64,000 bases of DNA from the NCBI GenBank assembly GCA_964016885.1, contig CAXHJY010000447.1, positions 24,379 through 88,378 on the forward strand, read 5' to 3'. The notes under the pieces are model-generated. The model saw only the letters and a list, made by a program, of their open reading frames with translations. It was not told the DNA's origin and did not search any database. A program made the translations under genes and the position numbers. Positions 62,922-64,000 of this stretch are shown here, piece after piece (the stretch's first letter is position 1; each line of letters begins with the position of its first letter). The stretch comes from Eledone cirrhosa (taxonomy: Eukaryota).

Positions 62922-62925
<4 letters not shown>
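59110..62925 (+). mobile_element. Apparently full-length RTE-clade LINE inserted in (TA)n with (GAT)n tail
   Basis: 5' UTR with short repeats (ATAAGCCAGAG x3) and (GGAT)n, a single long ORF, a 3' UTR and a GAT tail. Confidence 0.93.
59270..62569 (+). CDS. APE endonuclease plus reverse transcriptase polyprotein with PHD-like finger (true start probably ATG 59387 or 59456)
   Basis: GTINVGTL, CIQETRW, SAYAPQ, GDLNGHVG, QVDYIL, SQHRL (APE); YRGIKL, QFGF, AFVDLEKAFDRV, GVHQGSVLSPLLF, LLYADD (RT); no stops over 1099 codons. Confidence 0.95.
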   Translation: MPGCLRYTMDGWMDGWMDGRTAESLESGRERKIWTPRAKMPKLKSNSPRGRECEHSSLFRPRMANITLSPPAPHHPHPPNATQNFRVGTINVGTLKGRANEVVEMLERKEVDVCCIQETRWRGGSARFIEGKKRCYKLFWVGNDDGLGGVGIMVAEKWADKIIDVNRVNDRIIKIRLVLNRTTVTVISAYAPQSGLPGTIKDRFYETLLLTTSQISDSDYIIIAGDLNGHVGQHCDGYDEIHGGYGFGTRNEEGSRILEYCDANNLTICNTNFKKRDNHLITYRSGEHTSQVDYILTRRRDRVSVVNTKSLPHEECTSQHRLIISDLIVRTRRTRQQKRTILRRKIWKLKDPTARNKFQSILLDAFDSKEEHLESDNIEGQWKFLKANLLLATDEVCGWSRPVGRRRVTWWWNSKVEGSIKAKKQAWKVWRDGGSRVDYQVARREARREVYLARREAEERKFKHVLQRDDQKREVFRIARQCVKENRDIVGEKCVLNDDGILAITDTDKKVAWKCHYERLLNEENKWEKDSLPHIDPIEGPAVLVEGSIISKAIKDMKTGKAAGPSEIVAEMLKASGTVGHTMVTRIVNQVVQNGVVPKDWHSSIIVNCYKGKGDALDRSNYRGIKLIDQVMKVTEKVIAQLIRERIDLDEMQFGFVSGKSTTDALFIVRQLQEKYLAKGKPLYLAFVDLEKAFDRVPRSIIWWALRKLGVDEWLVRAIQAMYKETVSKVRINNEYSEEFSVKVGVHQGSVLSPLLFIIALQAITEEFKTGCPWELLYADDLTLIAESMAELEKKFQTWKHGLESKGLKINLAKTKVLVCRKENKAAVPSGKWSCSVCRKGVGRNSILCPKCKVWVHKRCSGITGKLTKNIDFTCGRCSGAISSSKCPQNTSSFNCAEGFIEIVDSFRYLGDKISSGGGCSESTVARVRTGWKKFRELIPLLAAKGFSLKMKGRLYDACIRTAMLHGSETWALCAEDIRRLERNEACMLRWMCNSNIRERQSINELRKKLEIRGIRCCLLERRLRWYGHVMRMKVDSCITKCRAIKIDGSHGIGRPRKTWDELINSDLTHLHLSKTMSLDRDLWRYSVTEKTRLASRHL

Positions 62926-63007
<82 letters not shown>

Positions 63008-63102
63008 ATATCTTTATATATATATATTTATATATATATATCTATATTTATATATATATATTAATATATATATATATATATTTTATATATACATATATAT
63101 AT

Positions 63103-63415
63103 AGTTATACTTGGGGAGGGTCATATTTGCGTAATATTGCCAGAATTAATAACAGAACACACTCACTGTTTGGTTGGTTTTCGCTTCTCGCTGTCTTTTA
63201 TATCTGCGATCTAACTTACTTTTATATCTAACGATCTAACTTAGAGTAAGTTAGATCGCAGATATAAAAGACAGCGAGAAGCGAAAACCAACCAAACAGT
63301 GAATGTGTTCTGTTATTAATTCTGGCAATATTACGCAAATATGACCCTCCCCAAGTATAACAATATCTGTTTCGACACACGATTTCATATAAAAAACCTC
63401 GCAAAACTAATTCAT
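63103..63415. mobile_element. Fold-back PLE 3' end related to family F, ~117 bp arms plus ~55 bp tail
   Basis: 63103-63219 is the inverse of 63244-63361; shares ATGACCCTCCC.AAGTATAACAATATC.GTTTC.ACACACGATTTCA with the family F 3' end. Confidence 0.8.
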
Positions 63416-63568
63416 ATATATATATATATTTAGTTATATATATATATATATGAAAGACGTAAAATAAGAAAATTATAAAAATTAACTTACTAAAATTTCA
63501 CTCCAACTAATTAGTTTCTGAAAGAGAATAAACATGGTTTCCGAACGGAACAACATGGAGACACAGAC

Positions 63569-63865
63569 CTATGCCACCAGGCTTACGTCGTATACAGACT
63601 AGAGTGTGACAAATGCAACAACTTCTACGTAGGTAGCACCACCAGACCACTCCACATAAGAATAAAAGAACACCTCAATGCTAACGCTTCCTCATTTAAG
63701 AAACACCTAGTTAAATGCAAAAACACCGACAAAACCATAACAGTTAGGATAGAAACTAAGGAAAGAAACCTCGGCAATCTTAGAATTAAGGAAGCACTAA
63801 TTATAGATAAAACACAACCACCAATGATTAATAGACTAGAACTCAACACCCAATTTATAACCTGA
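63569..63865 (+). CDS. GIY-YIG endonuclease C-terminus of a 5'-truncated PLE (family A), preceded by an inverted 3'-end copy at 63452-63545; not in the ORF track
   Basis: Manual translation LCHQAYVVYRLECDKCNNFYVGSTTRPLHIRIKEH...KHL..C...LRIKEALII....PMINR. Confidence 0.88.
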   Translation, partial: LCHQAYVVYRLECDKCNNFYVGSTTRPLHIRIKEHLNANASSFKKHLVKCKNTDKTITVRIETKERNLGNLRIKEALIIDKTQPPMINRLELNTQFIT

Positions 63866-64000
63866 TAGGGCTTCTAGCCCCATATTTGCACCCCCCCCCC
63901 CCACACACACACACGCACGCACACACACACTCGCTTACACCTCCACTTATTCTCTCTCACACATACATACACAAAACCAGTTCTAACACCAGATAACACC

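Overview
AT-rich eukaryotic non-genic or intronic DNA. The SINE/LINE repertoire and giant (TA)n tracts suggest an invertebrate, probably a cephalopod (inference). No host protein-coding exon could be supported, and most long ORFs in the track are (TA)n artefacts. The first ~28 kb is a graveyard of decayed non-LTR retrotransposons (Tx1/L1-like, R4/Dong-like, CRE-like, RTE) and tRNA-derived SINEs. From ~28 to 64 kb a (TA)n 'landing field' is packed with Penelope-like elements (PLEs; RT plus C-terminal GIY-YIG endonuclease) in inverted or tandem arrangements, and one apparently intact RTE LINE (1099 aa ORF with a PHD-like finger). The main signal, found by manual reading, is at least 23 type-I hammerhead ribozyme (HHR) motifs in about 10 different sequence families. 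They lie in PLE 3' UTRs, in small fold-back (palindromic) elements, and in non-coding 0.67-1 kb elements with terminal redundancy that look like retrozymes (circular-RNA-derived non-autonomous parasites of PLEs). All ribozyme calls come from manual base-pairing and have not been computationally or experimentally validated. Coordinates may be off by a few nt.
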